The notes: generated by a model not told the origin, from the sequence alone. A DNA stretch of 64,000 nt from Candidatus Bathyarchaeia archaeon (GCA_038883775.1 JAVZLM010000006.1:95544-159543), one strand, 5' to 3'; counted from the first letter of the stretch, positions 8,261-17,136 are shown. Program-made: numbers and translations.

Positions 8261-8668
8261 ATGAGCAAATTGACTGCGGCTGAGGTGAAAGTTAGCAGAG
8301 TTATGACTAAAAATCTGATTACTGTTTTCCTTGGCAGTATGGTGGAAGAAGCTGTGAGGAAGATGATTGATTTTGATGTCGAATGTCTTCCAGTCGTTGA
8401 TTCAAAAGGAACATTACATGGCTTACTCACTTTTAGAGACATAGTGACGAAAGTTATTTACTCACAAGCTGATGTAAGAAAGCTTAAAGTTGAAGACATA
8501 ATGGCTAAAGACTTAGTGACTTGTAATCTTAGTTGCACGGTTCTTGACGTTGTAAAATTAATGAAGAACAAACATCTTAGGCGGATTCCAGTCGTAAACG
8601 CCAAAAACAAACTTATGGGACTAGTTACAGATTTTGACTTGGCATTGTTTGAATGGGACTTCAAATAA
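8261..8668 (+). CDS. CBS-domain pair protein
   Basis: 'CLPVVD..G.L.GLLT..DI' and 'RRIPVV....LMGLVTD.DL'. Confidence 0.9.
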   Translation: MSKLTAAEVKVSRVMTKNLITVFLGSMVEEAVRKMIDFDVECLPVVDSKGTLHGLLTFRDIVTKVIYSQADVRKLKVEDIMAKDLVTCNLSCTVLDVVKLMKNKHLRRIPVVNAKNKLMGLVTDFDLALFEWDFK

Positions 8669-8683
8669 GTTTTGCACCGAGGG

Positions 8684-9649
8684 CTAAAAAGCTTCAACTT
8701 TATTCTTGAAAGGTGCGACTCTTTTTGCAACTTTAAACATTCTAAGCCATTCCGTATCAGATAAAAACAATCCTGTGTATGCTCCGGCGTTGCAGGCTAT
8801 TCCACATCTTTCACATATAGGTTTGATTCCATTCTCATCTGTGTTAGATATGACACAAGATTGTTTTGTTTTGCCGTTGCTATCCAAATTTACAAAAAAC
8901 CAGTTTGGACAATTTGCAGTCCATTTTCCATCTCTGAATAGGTTTAGTTGTTTCGATGTGTTAGCAATAAAATCCGGATATTTTTCTTTTATTTTCAGTA
9001 ATTTGTCTATGATGTTGTTTCTTAGTTTTCCATAAGGCAACCATAATTTATCGTTGTAAGAGAAAGGTGTATGAAATTGAAATGTGAAAGCTCTGGCGAA
9101 ACTGTACCATTCATCGACAACATCCTCGACGCATCCATAGTTTAAACTGTTTATCGTCATGTTAATGACCACATCCACTTCTGGATGGTCAAGAACGTTT
9201 TGTTTCACCTTCCTATATATTTTCTCGCCTCTAATTGCGTCGTGAATACTTTCTATTCCATCTATTGAAATGAAATATCCTGCACCAAAATCGACCAATG
9301 GCAATGTCCCATTTGTCACTATAGTGACATAGCGCCATTTCATCTCGCTTAGAATAGCCTCAATAACGTCTGGTCTAAGAAGTGGTTCGCCGCCTGTTAG
9401 ACTAACGGACATTACATCGTTTTTTATGAATTTTTCCCTTACGATATTTCTCCATTCATCGGCACTTAATTCTTTGCGCGGCTTCATGTTCAGCCACCAG
9501 TAGCAATGTTTGCATTTTAGATTGCAAGAATTTGTAATGTCGGCGGAACCAAATATGGGCAATTTTTTCTTTAAATATTTTATTTGAATTATTTTATAAG
9601 CAACTTTTGTAACGCCAACTAGTTTTTTCAAGTTAGAAGACCCGCGCAT
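8684..9649 (-). CDS. radical SAM protein with C-terminal Cys cluster (SPASM/twitch-like)
   Basis: CNLKCKHC, 'GGEPLL', 'TNG', 'ISIDG...HDAIRG'; C-terminal CPN...C...CERC...C. Confidence 0.9.
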   Translation of the reverse strand: MRGSSNLKKLVGVTKVAYKIIQIKYLKKKLPIFGSADITNSCNLKCKHCYWWLNMKPRKELSADEWRNIVREKFIKNDVMSVSLTGGEPLLRPDVIEAILSEMKWRYVTIVTNGTLPLVDFGAGYFISIDGIESIHDAIRGEKIYRKVKQNVLDHPEVDVVINMTINSLNYGCVEDVVDEWYSFARAFTFQFHTPFSYNDKLWLPYGKLRNNIIDKLLKIKEKYPDFIANTSKQLNLFRDGKWTANCPNWFFVNLDSNGKTKQSCVISNTDENGIKPICERCGIACNAGAYTGLFLSDTEWLRMFKVAKRVAPFKNKVEAF

Positions 9650-9712
9650 GATTAATTATTTTATTGCCCTTTTTATTTTAGAATTTCTGGTAAATGTTTT
9701 CAAGCAGTATAT

Positions 9713-9826
9713 TTACCTTCTCTTCTGTTTCTTTCCACCACGAGCTCTTCTAGTTTGATGCCCCCTCGCTTTGTCACGGCGAGCGCTCTCTTTGGCTTTT
9801 CTACGGGAATCCTGTTCTCTACTCAT
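9713..9826 (-). CDS. Arg/Lys-rich microprotein, 37 aa (MSREQDSRRKAKESARRDKARGHQTRRARGGKKQKRR)
   Basis: Hand translation; GAGGTGA SD upstream; 17 of 37 residues are R/K. Confidence 0.5.
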   Translation of the reverse strand: MSREQDSRRKAKESARRDKARGHQTRRARGGKKQKRR

Positions 9827-9942
9827 GCTAGTTCACTTCACCTCTCAAATATCAACAGCGCCCTCTCCAAAAAACCTTCTGTTAAAAATACAAGTCTGCT
9901 TTTTCTTACTAGTACCAAATTACATTAATGATTCAGCATAAG

Positions 9943-10062
9943 CGCCGGGGAAGGGATTCGAACCCTTGCGAGCCCGAAGGCTCACTGGCTCACTTGCCTT
10001 ATTCTAGCCCTTCTTCTTTTTTGATCTCGAGGCCAGCGCGTTAACCGCTCCGCCACCCCGGC
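9943..10062 (-). tRNA. tRNA-Ser(CGA) with 35-nt intron at canonical position 37/38 (9991-10025)
   Basis: Acceptor GCCGGGG/CCCCGGC, discriminator G, anticodon stem CTGGC/GCCAG, long variable arm GAGCC-TTCG-GGCTC, T-arm GGTTCGAATCC; CCA not encoded. Confidence 0.95.
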
Positions 10063-10099
10063 AAATGGAATTAGGTTGTTTATCTTCTAAAAAGGGTTT

Positions 10100-10924
10100 T
10101 TATTTGGTTAATAGGGATGGGAAGATCCATTTTTTCTTCTTTTCTTGTTTTTTCTTGTCCCATTGGTATAGTATTTTTGTGGCTTCGTTTGCGATTTTTA
10201 TGGCGTTTTCTTCGCCTGCTCCGGGCTTAAATTCGTTTTTGCATCTATTTGCGTAGACAGCGCAAATTGCTCCTGCCCTTAGTCCGTAAAGGTTTGCTAA
10301 AGTGTAAAGGGTGGCTGTTTCCATTTCAAGGTTTAACACTTTTGCCTTTTGCAACATTGAAAGCAAGTTTTCCATGTGCGGCGAATAGTCTTTGATTGTT
10401 GGGCGGTTTTGTCCAGCGTAAAAGTCTGCTGTTGTTGCAGTTATGCCCACATGATAATTGCTTATTTTAAGGCTTTCAGCCGCCTCAATCAAGGCTAACA
10501 AAACTTCATAGTTTGCCACGGCTGGATACTCGGGTATAACGTAACAATTGCTTGTATAATCCAAGCGAACGGCAGCAGACGAAATAATTACATCGCCACA
10601 GTTTATGTCAGCTTGTATGGCACCGGTGCTGCCCACTCGAATAAAAGTATGAACCCCAACACGCGAAGCCTCATTAACAACAATAGCCATACAAGCCGGA
10701 CCTATACCACTTGAGAGAGCAGAAATTGGAACACTCTTATATTTTCCTGTGAAACTTCGAAACTCGCGGTGGCAAGACACTTCCCTTCCAGAATCCCAGA
10801 AAGAGGCAATTTTTGGAACACGGTCCGGGTCTCCTGGCACAAGCAAATACTCAGCTAAATCGCCTTTTTTGCATGCGATGTGGTATTGTTTGTCGGATAA
10901 TGTTGTATGCATTCTGTTCACCAA
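10100..10924 (-). CDS. udp: uridine/nucleoside phosphorylase
   Basis: 'YHI...LLVPGDPDR', 'HREF', 'IRVGSTG', 'FYAGQ.R', 'EME.A'. Confidence 0.9.
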   Translation of the reverse strand: MVNRMHTTLSDKQYHIACKKGDLAEYLLVPGDPDRVPKIASFWDSGREVSCHREFRSFTGKYKSVPISALSSGIGPACMAIVVNEASRVGVHTFIRVGSTGAIQADINCGDVIISSAAVRLDYTSNCYVIPEYPAVANYEVLLALIEAAESLKISNYHVGITATTADFYAGQNRPTIKDYSPHMENLLSMLQKAKVLNLEMETATLYTLANLYGLRAGAICAVYANRCKNEFKPGAGEENAIKIANEATKILYQWDKKKQEKKKKWIFPSLLTK

Positions 10925-10932
10925 AGCTAGAG

Positions 10933-11925
10933 TTAACCTTTTCGAGGCATCGCTAAATCCGCTATGTCTACGCTGTGCTCATAGATCTGTCTTAACATTG
11001 AGGCTGCCGCTAGAATGTGAGGCATAATATCTAAAGGCTGTTCCTTGGCAACCTTTTCTAGGCTTGTAAATATTTTTTCAACCATTTCTCGCTCACCACG
11101 CACTTTCTCTGCCACGCCCACATCACCTGCCAGAAAAGCCTTCAAGGCATCTTCATGCGCTTGAAAACAAGCAAGGTGAAGGTCAACGAAGATTTTTTTA
11201 AAGTTTTCAGCTAAAGTTTTGCCCTTCAACTCGACTGTTTTCAATGCTATTCGAACACATTCATCGCCTATTGCTTCCACCAAACTTGCTACGAGGCGAT
11301 AGTCTAGGCATTCAATGGGACGCACACCAAGTTTTTCGCTTAAGCTTGGGTTTTGAATTATGGTTCGAAGAATGCGCACTAAAAGGAAATAAAGCCTATT
11401 CACCTCATCATCGCGGGCTATAACCGCCTTTGCTAAGTGCATGTCTCCATCCACCAACGCATTAACAACATCCCTATGCATACCAGCAGCAATTGTGTAG
11501 CCTCTTCGAAGAATTTTTTCAGGTGGAAAACCAGAAGGCTCTAGCAAACATTGTAAGACTATACGAGAGTAATCTTCTTCCACAATTTCTAATCCAATAA
11601 GTCGACTAACGGCATTCTTAACTATGTCACGAACCTCAAAGCTAATACGCTCTTTTGTCTCAATAGTGATAATGTCAAATCCTAAGAGATACTTCGCTAT
11701 GATTTCACGACTCAAATAGGGGCTAGGCCCCAAAGTAATGGTTCGCGGAGAAAGCTCAGCTCCATATTCAGGATCGATTAGAAGCTTGCCCTCGCTAGTT
11801 TCGCTGACCGCCACCACAGAGCCTGGTTTAAACCCGTGACGTTCAGCCCAGCGCTTAGGCAAACAAACGAAAAATGTGCCGCTTGGAGTACGTTGGACTT
11901 TACGCAATTCGCTCATTTCAATCAC
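10933..11925 (-). CDS. AbrB-PhoU phosphate uptake regulator
   Basis: N-terminal 'RKVQRT..GTFFVCLPKRWA' AbrB domain followed by PhoU repeats ('DDEVNRLY'). Confidence 0.88.
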   Translation of the reverse strand: MIEMSELRKVQRTPSGTFFVCLPKRWAERHGFKPGSVVAVSETSEGKLLIDPEYGAELSPRTITLGPSPYLSREIIAKYLLGFDIITIETKERISFEVRDIVKNAVSRLIGLEIVEEDYSRIVLQCLLEPSGFPPEKILRRGYTIAAGMHRDVVNALVDGDMHLAKAVIARDDEVNRLYFLLVRILRTIIQNPSLSEKLGVRPIECLDYRLVASLVEAIGDECVRIALKTVELKGKTLAENFKKIFVDLHLACFQAHEDALKAFLAGDVGVAEKVRGEREMVEKIFTSLEKVAKEQPLDIMPHILAAASMLRQIYEHSVDIADLAMPRKG

Positions 11926-11998
11926 TAACCGTAAATTTGCTTATCCCTATAATATAAATGCATCTAAATAAAAAATTAAAATACAAACGTAAATGTGA

Positions 11999-12595
11999 GT
12001 GTTAGAATTGGAAAATTCAATTATAATAGGTATAGATTTGGCAGGAAGCTCCAAAAATCCAACAGGATGGGCTTTATGGAAGAACAAAATAGTGAAAGCA
12101 AATTTGGTTTATACCGACGAGGAAATTCTTAAGGGCATTTTAAGCCATAGCCCATCCATTGTTGCGATTGATGCTCCCTTAAGGCTGCCGAAAGAAGGAA
12201 TTTTAAGAAAGGCAGATAAAGAAATGATAAAAAGGGGATACAGAGTCTTTCCGCCAGGTCTTCCAGCAATGGAAAAGCTAACATTGCGGGCTATAAAAAT
12301 AAACAAGTTAATACTAGAAAAAAAGTATAAAACGGTAGAAGTACACCCAACATCAACAAGAAAAGCTTTAAACATGCCTTTAAAAGAGTGGAAACCCATT
12401 CAAACAATCCTAGAGAGTATGGGAATAAAAGGAGACATTAAAACTCGCACCTTGACATCTCATGAAATCGATGCCATAACAGCAGCCCTAACAGCCTATC
12501 TCCACCTACAAAAACAAACCGAAGCGATAGGAGATGAGGAAGAAGGCTTCATAATAGTTCCTAAAAAAATGGATTGGAGAACCCTAAAAATATGA
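11999..12595 (+). CDS. DUF429 family predicted RNase H-like nuclease
   Basis: 'GIDLAG', 'IDAPL', 'EVHP', 'HEIDA...A'. Confidence 0.8.
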   Translation: MLELENSIIIGIDLAGSSKNPTGWALWKNKIVKANLVYTDEEILKGILSHSPSIVAIDAPLRLPKEGILRKADKEMIKRGYRVFPPGLPAMEKLTLRAIKINKLILEKKYKTVEVHPTSTRKALNMPLKEWKPIQTILESMGIKGDIKTRTLTSHEIDAITAALTAYLHLQKQTEAIGDEEEGFIIVPKKMDWRTLKI

Positions 12596-14145
12596 GCCAA
12601 AATGAAAAGTTGCACAAAGCTGTAGAATTAACAATTGAGGCAGGATACCAACTTGACAAAGAAGCCTTCGAATTTCTAAGCAGTTTGGCAACCACAGAAG
12701 ATCCTACAGAAATCATAAGCAAAGCCCTACAAAAAATTGGAATGCTAACGGAAAAGCCGCTTTTTATTGGCAAAACGTTTCTAGAGCAATTGATAAAAGA
12801 ACAGAAGCTAGTAGAAGAGGCATTTCCCCAACAAGTAGAACAAGTTCAAACATTACCAGAAACCTCCCCCCCTCTTGGAAGAGGAAAATTCCGCCCATTT
12901 GCAAAGGACATTGAAGCCCGCATTAAAATAATTGATAATCCAGCGGAAAAGTTAAGCTCAGGCGGAACGATGGAGGATTACCTACAATATTTCCAAGATA
13001 GGTTCAAGCGCATAGAAAAATTGTTAAGACAGCGAATGGATGTTAAAAGCGCAACTTCAATTATTGAAGCCCTAAAATCTCCTCCAAACACACGTTTAAA
13101 AGTAATTGGCATGGTCACAGAAAAAAGAGAGGCAAAACAAAAAATCTTGCTAACGGTAGAGGATTTGAATGCAAGTACCACAATGCTAGTGCCTCAAAAC
13201 GCTTCAGCAGAAGTTTTGAAGAAAGCGCAATGTCTCCTCCTTGATCAGGTGGTTTGTTTTAGTGTTGTAAAAACAAGAAGCAACCTATTACTTGTCGAAG
13301 ACATAATTTTACCAGACGTGGCGCAGAAAACGCCCCATAAAGCATCAATTCCAGTTTACGCTGTGCTCACGTCGGATATGCATGTGGGCAGCACAAAATT
13401 TCAAGAGAAGGCTTTTGACCGCTTCCTTTCATGGCTTAAGGGCGAATATGGAAATGAAAAAATGAGAGAGATAGCAAGCCATGTCAAATATGTTTTGGTG
13501 GCAGGCGATATAGTAGACGGTATAGGCGTTTATCCAAACCAAGTTAAAGAACTGGCAATAAAAAATATTGATGAGCAGTATAGGCTTGCTCGAGAATATT
13601 TAGAAAACATTCCAGATTATATAGAAGTGGTGATTATACCGGGAAATCATGATGCCCCCAGAAAAGCGCTGCCCCAACCACCTATATCCAACACTTTCTT
13701 TGAAACACTACAAGAAACCCGAAAATTTTATTCCCTTGGAAACCCCTGCACTCTAAGCCTCCATGACGTAGAAGTTCTGCTCTATCACGGTCGCAGCTTA
13801 GACGATGTCATCCCCACAGTTCCTGAAATGGATTCTAACCAGCCAGAAAAAGCAATGAAACTATTACTGCAGAGTCGCCACTTAGCGCCAGTCTATGGTG
13901 AAAAAACGCCAATTTCTCCTGAAAATAGAGACTGCCTCGTCATTGAGCGAATTCCAGACATTTTCCATGCCGGACACATACATGCATTAGGTTATACAAC
14001 CTATCGTGGAGTTTTAATTGTAAACTCAGGAGGGTGGCAAGAACAAACAGAGTATATGAGAAGAATGGGTTTTGTTCCAACCCCTGGAAAAGTCCCGGTG
14101 ATTAATCTTCAAACATTAGAAGTCAACATCCTCTCTTTCTCTTAA
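12592..14145 (+). CDS. polB: DNA polymerase D small (proofreading) subunit DP1
   Basis: OB fold plus calcineurin-like motifs 'SDMHVGS', 'AGDIVDG', 'PGNHD', 'YHG', 'HAGHIH'; ATGA overlap with DUF429. Confidence 0.95.
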   Translation: MSQNEKLHKAVELTIEAGYQLDKEAFEFLSSLATTEDPTEIISKALQKIGMLTEKPLFIGKTFLEQLIKEQKLVEEAFPQQVEQVQTLPETSPPLGRGKFRPFAKDIEARIKIIDNPAEKLSSGGTMEDYLQYFQDRFKRIEKLLRQRMDVKSATSIIEALKSPPNTRLKVIGMVTEKREAKQKILLTVEDLNASTTMLVPQNASAEVLKKAQCLLLDQVVCFSVVKTRSNLLLVEDIILPDVAQKTPHKASIPVYAVLTSDMHVGSTKFQEKAFDRFLSWLKGEYGNEKMREIASHVKYVLVAGDIVDGIGVYPNQVKELAIKNIDEQYRLAREYLENIPDYIEVVIIPGNHDAPRKALPQPPISNTFFETLQETRKFYSLGNPCTLSLHDVEVLLYHGRSLDDVIPTVPEMDSNQPEKAMKLLLQSRHLAPVYGEKTPISPENRDCLVIERIPDIFHAGHIHALGYTTYRGVLIVNSGGWQEQTEYMRRMGFVPTPGKVPVINLQTLEVNILSFS

Positions 14146-14699
14146 GATAAACCACGTGCAATCAATCGCGCAGCCCGAAGGGGTTCTGGAATTCTGCCAC
14201 AAAAGCACAAAAAGCGCACAAGGCTGGAGGCCCACCTAACATTTGCGCCTACCGTTTCCATATACAATGGAGCTTCGTCACTTTTGATGTGGATTTTATG
14301 AACTGGGCCAAGCCTTTGAAAAACTTTCCAACGGATTTCCCAATCTTCAAAGTGCCTTTTTAGGGCGCGCCTTACTGCTTTATTGTTTGGTTTTGTTTGC
14401 GCTATTATGATGATTGGTTTTTTGAATCTTTCATGAATTAGCATGGGGTTGATAAGGTTAAAGCCACCATAAGATACGCCCGCCAACAGAACGACATCAA
14501 ATTCCCAATTTTCCAAGATTTTGGCAAGTTTTTCTGTTGCATCTAATCCATCAACCGTTATTTTTGTGACTTTCACATTTTTAATGGTGGCTTGCCTTAG
14601 CAAAACTATGGCAAGAAGTGCTTCACGAGTTATTCCTTTTTGGAAACTTCCGTCTTCAACCCCCACGATTAGCATGTTTTGAAAGGCTTTTCGCCTCAT
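14142..14699 (-). CDS. DUF99 family (endonuclease V-like / endonuclease dU) protein
   Basis: 'GVEDG', 'VDGLDAT', 'GGFN.I', 'IPEPLR.A.LIA'; overlaps the cdc6 3' end. Confidence 0.85.
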   Translation of the reverse strand: MRRKAFQNMLIVGVEDGSFQKGITREALLAIVLLRQATIKNVKVTKITVDGLDATEKLAKILENWEFDVVLLAGVSYGGFNLINPMLIHERFKKPIIIIAQTKPNNKAVRRALKRHFEDWEIRWKVFQRLGPVHKIHIKSDEAPLYMETVGANVRWASSLVRFLCFCGRIPEPLRAARLIARGLS

Positions 14700-15900
14700 A
14701 TTCCACCAGACGCCCAAGTCTAGTGTCATTAGCAAAAACGTCTCTAATAAGAGTGCGAGCTATTTCCAGCCTAATTTTTTTCGTTCTTCCATACCTTCCC
14801 ATACTTATAACCTTAGCATTCACAAGCCCCATAGAATCAAGCTCATTCACCAACGTGCTTAATCGGCGTTGCGTCAAAGGAGTGACGCTCACTTCTCCAC
14901 AAAGCTCCGCATATACATCATATATCTCGCCTGTGATGGCACTATGAATGTTTGCCCTATTCAAATGGTACACGCTTAAAATCACAAGTTTTGAATGCAA
15001 AGTTAAGTTCCGCAGAGCCTCCACAACCCTATTATGTTCAATATGTTTTTCAGCTTCTCGAACATGCTCTTCAGTTACAAAACTCGCCCCTTTCCGTTCG
15101 GCAACTTCTCCAGCAACCCGTAACAAATCTAAGGCCCGTCTAGCATCACCATGTTCCGCAGCTGCCAAAGCAGCGCAAAGGCTTATAGCTGCTTCAGACA
15201 AGGCGCCTTCATAAAATGCTAATTTTGCCCGTTCAAGCAAGATATTGCCCAATTCATTAGCATCATAAGGCCTAAAAACGATCTCCTCTTCGCTTAAAGA
15301 ACTAAAAACTCTTGGGTCCAGAAACTCTTTCAAACGAAGGTCATTAGATATGCCTACAATAGACGCTTTACTACTGCGTAAAGTTTCATTTATTCTTGTT
15401 AGCTCATAAAGGAGGCTGTCTCCGCGCACCTTCACCAAAGCATCAATTTCATCCAAAGCAACAATAAAAATAATTTTTAAAGTATCTAAACCAACTCTGA
15501 ACCTATCAAAAACTTCGCCAACAGACAAACCAGTAAAAGGAACCTGCACGCCTATACTTTGGCATAACCCAGAAAAAACGCGGTATTCAGAGCCAGCCAT
15601 GCGGCAGTTTACGTAACAGAATTTGACAGGAGCGTTAAACTCCTTCGCTTTAGTTTCTAAATGACTTAAAACATATTTTGTTACAGCCGTTTTGCCTGTG
15701 CCAGTTTTTCCATATATAAAAACATTGGAGCTTCTGGATCCTTTTAAAACTGGGGCAACGGTTTCTCCAAGCCTCGTAATTTGTTCTTCTCGATGAGGCA
15801 GTTTATCAGGTAAGTAATCATGCCGCAAGACCTCTCGGTTTCTGAAAATCCTATTGTTGGAAACAAATTTCTTGAACACTTCGTCGAGAATGCTATTCAA
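14656..15900 (-). CDS. cdc6: Orc1/Cdc6 replication initiator
   Basis: 'LPHREEQI', Walker A GKTGTGKT, Walker B LDEID, 'GDARRALDLLR', C-terminal wHTH 'GRYGRTK'. Confidence 0.97.
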   Translation of the reverse strand: MNSILDEVFKKFVSNNRIFRNREVLRHDYLPDKLPHREEQITRLGETVAPVLKGSRSSNVFIYGKTGTGKTAVTKYVLSHLETKAKEFNAPVKFCYVNCRMAGSEYRVFSGLCQSIGVQVPFTGLSVGEVFDRFRVGLDTLKIIFIVALDEIDALVKVRGDSLLYELTRINETLRSSKASIVGISNDLRLKEFLDPRVFSSLSEEEIVFRPYDANELGNILLERAKLAFYEGALSEAAISLCAALAAAEHGDARRALDLLRVAGEVAERKGASFVTEEHVREAEKHIEHNRVVEALRNLTLHSKLVILSVYHLNRANIHSAITGEIYDVYAELCGEVSVTPLTQRRLSTLVNELDSMGLVNAKVISMGRYGRTKKIRLEIARTLIRDVFANDTRLGRLVEYEAKSLSKHANRGG

Positions 15901-16046
15901 ATTGGTCCCTCAGTAAATTTTAGTGGTAAAACCACTCTTTCTGGTAGAAAAAATAAGCTCTGCCATACAGAAAACTAAATGTTCAACACAAAAATCCTAA
16001 AACAAAACTTTCGCACATTACTTCTCTTTATGATTAAGGAAAGGCA

Positions 16047-16070
16047 CACCCCACAATTTCTTCTGGAACT
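16047..16070 (-). promoter_or_regulatory. ORB1 origin recognition box AGTTCCAGAAGAAATTGTGGGGTG
   Basis: Matches archaeal ORB TTCCAnnGGAAA-n-GGGG consensus (one mismatch). Confidence 0.8.
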
Positions 16071-16232
16071 CTGTAAGTTTTAATAATAATTCTTTTAGAT
16101 TTTTGTTTATTTAGAAAGAAAGAAATATACTCTGAAAGGTTAAAAATCACAAAAGTTACTATAATACTTGCTGTAAAAGTTTTTTGATAAATAACTAAAA
16201 AGGCAAACTAAAACACAAGTGAAAAGGAAAAA

Positions 16233-16255
16233 TTTCCAAAGGAAATGAAGGGGTG
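16233..16255 (+). promoter_or_regulatory. ORB2 origin recognition box TTTCCAAAGGAAATGAAGGGGTG
   Basis: ORB consensus with G-string pointing into the AT-rich tract 16256-16475. Confidence 0.88.
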
Positions 16256-16361
16256 CCACTAAAATATAATTAAACATTATAGTATGCTATTATTATTTCA
16301 TTTTATTTTTCTTCTTTATTTTTTCCTGCATATCTCCGTCTAAGAAAATTCTGTTGAATAT

Positions 16362-16671
16362 TTCACAGCAATTCACAAAATGTAAAGACCTTGTGAAATT
16401 AACTTAATAGCGCCTCTTTTAAACCTTCTTAATTCGGATTATTAACTTTTTCTTGTCTCTTTTTTGTGAATTAGTCACCCCTCCGCTTCCAATGGAAATA
16501 AACATTATTCAAGGCTTCTTTTTCTTTTTAAAATTTGGAGAAAATGTGAAGCCTGTAAACTCAAAAACATTAAGAAATTTCCTTCTTTTTCATTTTTCTC
16601 CATTTAATCCGCTTTCTTCTTTTTTCTTTTTTACCATAACAGCTATAACTTGTGAAGTGTAAAATTGTGAA
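16362..16671. repeat. seven TGTGAA/TTCACA hexamers in the right half of oriC
   Basis: At 16362, 16372 (TTCACA) and 16392, 16465, 16545, 16651, 16666 (TGTGAA). Confidence 0.7.
16476..16498 (-). promoter_or_regulatory. ORB3 origin recognition box TTTCCATTGGAAGCGGAGGGGTG
   Basis: Inverted relative to ORB2; the pair flanks the AT-rich unwinding region. Confidence 0.85.
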
Positions 16672-16696
16672 ACACCTACAATGGGTGCTTCCGCTA

Positions 16697-17128
16697 ATGC
16701 CAGCTAAAAAAATGCGCGTAGAACTCTACGATAGTGAGGGCAACAAGTATACCGTGTCCTTTGAAGGTCAGATAACTAGAGAAAAGGCTCTTCGCTTATT
16801 AGACATGGTGGAGCTTTTGGGCGGGGTATCAGCAAGCGAAGGAAATCCGGGAACACCGGTCCCTGTGACGCTCGATCAGCCAAATAAGTATAGCAAAGTT
16901 CGTATGATAATTCAGAAACATTTTCCACTGGTTTGGTTTTCTTCTAGGGATGTTCAGTTAGTTTATGAGCAGGAATTTAAGGAGCCTATAAGTCTTAGCA
17001 CGGTTGCCACATACCTTTATAGAATGGCAAGCAAGGGATTACTTGCTAAAGCTGGGGCTTCTAACCGTTTGAAATACAGGCTGATGCCTACTTATCCACA
17101 AATATTGCCTAAACAACAGATGTCATGA
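16697..17128 (+). CDS. uncharacterised origin-adjacent protein: small N-terminal beta domain, linker, C-terminal winged helix
   Basis: 'KKMRVELYDSEGNKYTVSFEGQITREK' then 'FSSRDVQLVYEQEF.EPISLSTVATYLYRMASKGLL......KYRL' wHTH; GGGTG SD before ATG 16697. Confidence 0.8.
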   Translation: MPAKKMRVELYDSEGNKYTVSFEGQITREKALRLLDMVELLGGVSASEGNPGTPVPVTLDQPNKYSKVRMIIQKHFPLVWFSSRDVQLVYEQEFKEPISLSTVATYLYRMASKGLLAKAGASNRLKYRLMPTYPQILPKQQMS

Positions 17129-17136
17129 TCCCTTTT

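Larger units (their letters stand above)
4835..9952. mobile_element. putative tRNA-Ser-integrated genomic island (degenerate, no integrase seen)
   Basis: Flanked by duplicated tRNA 3' end; carries RHH regulator, micro-ORFs, a gene fragment, ABC transporter, CBS and radical SAM genes. Confidence 0.55.
15901..16696. other. chromosomal replication origin (oriC) with ORB elements and AT-rich unwinding region
   Basis: ~800-bp non-coding AT-rich gap upstream of cdc6 containing three ORB-consensus elements with G-strings. Confidence 0.9.
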
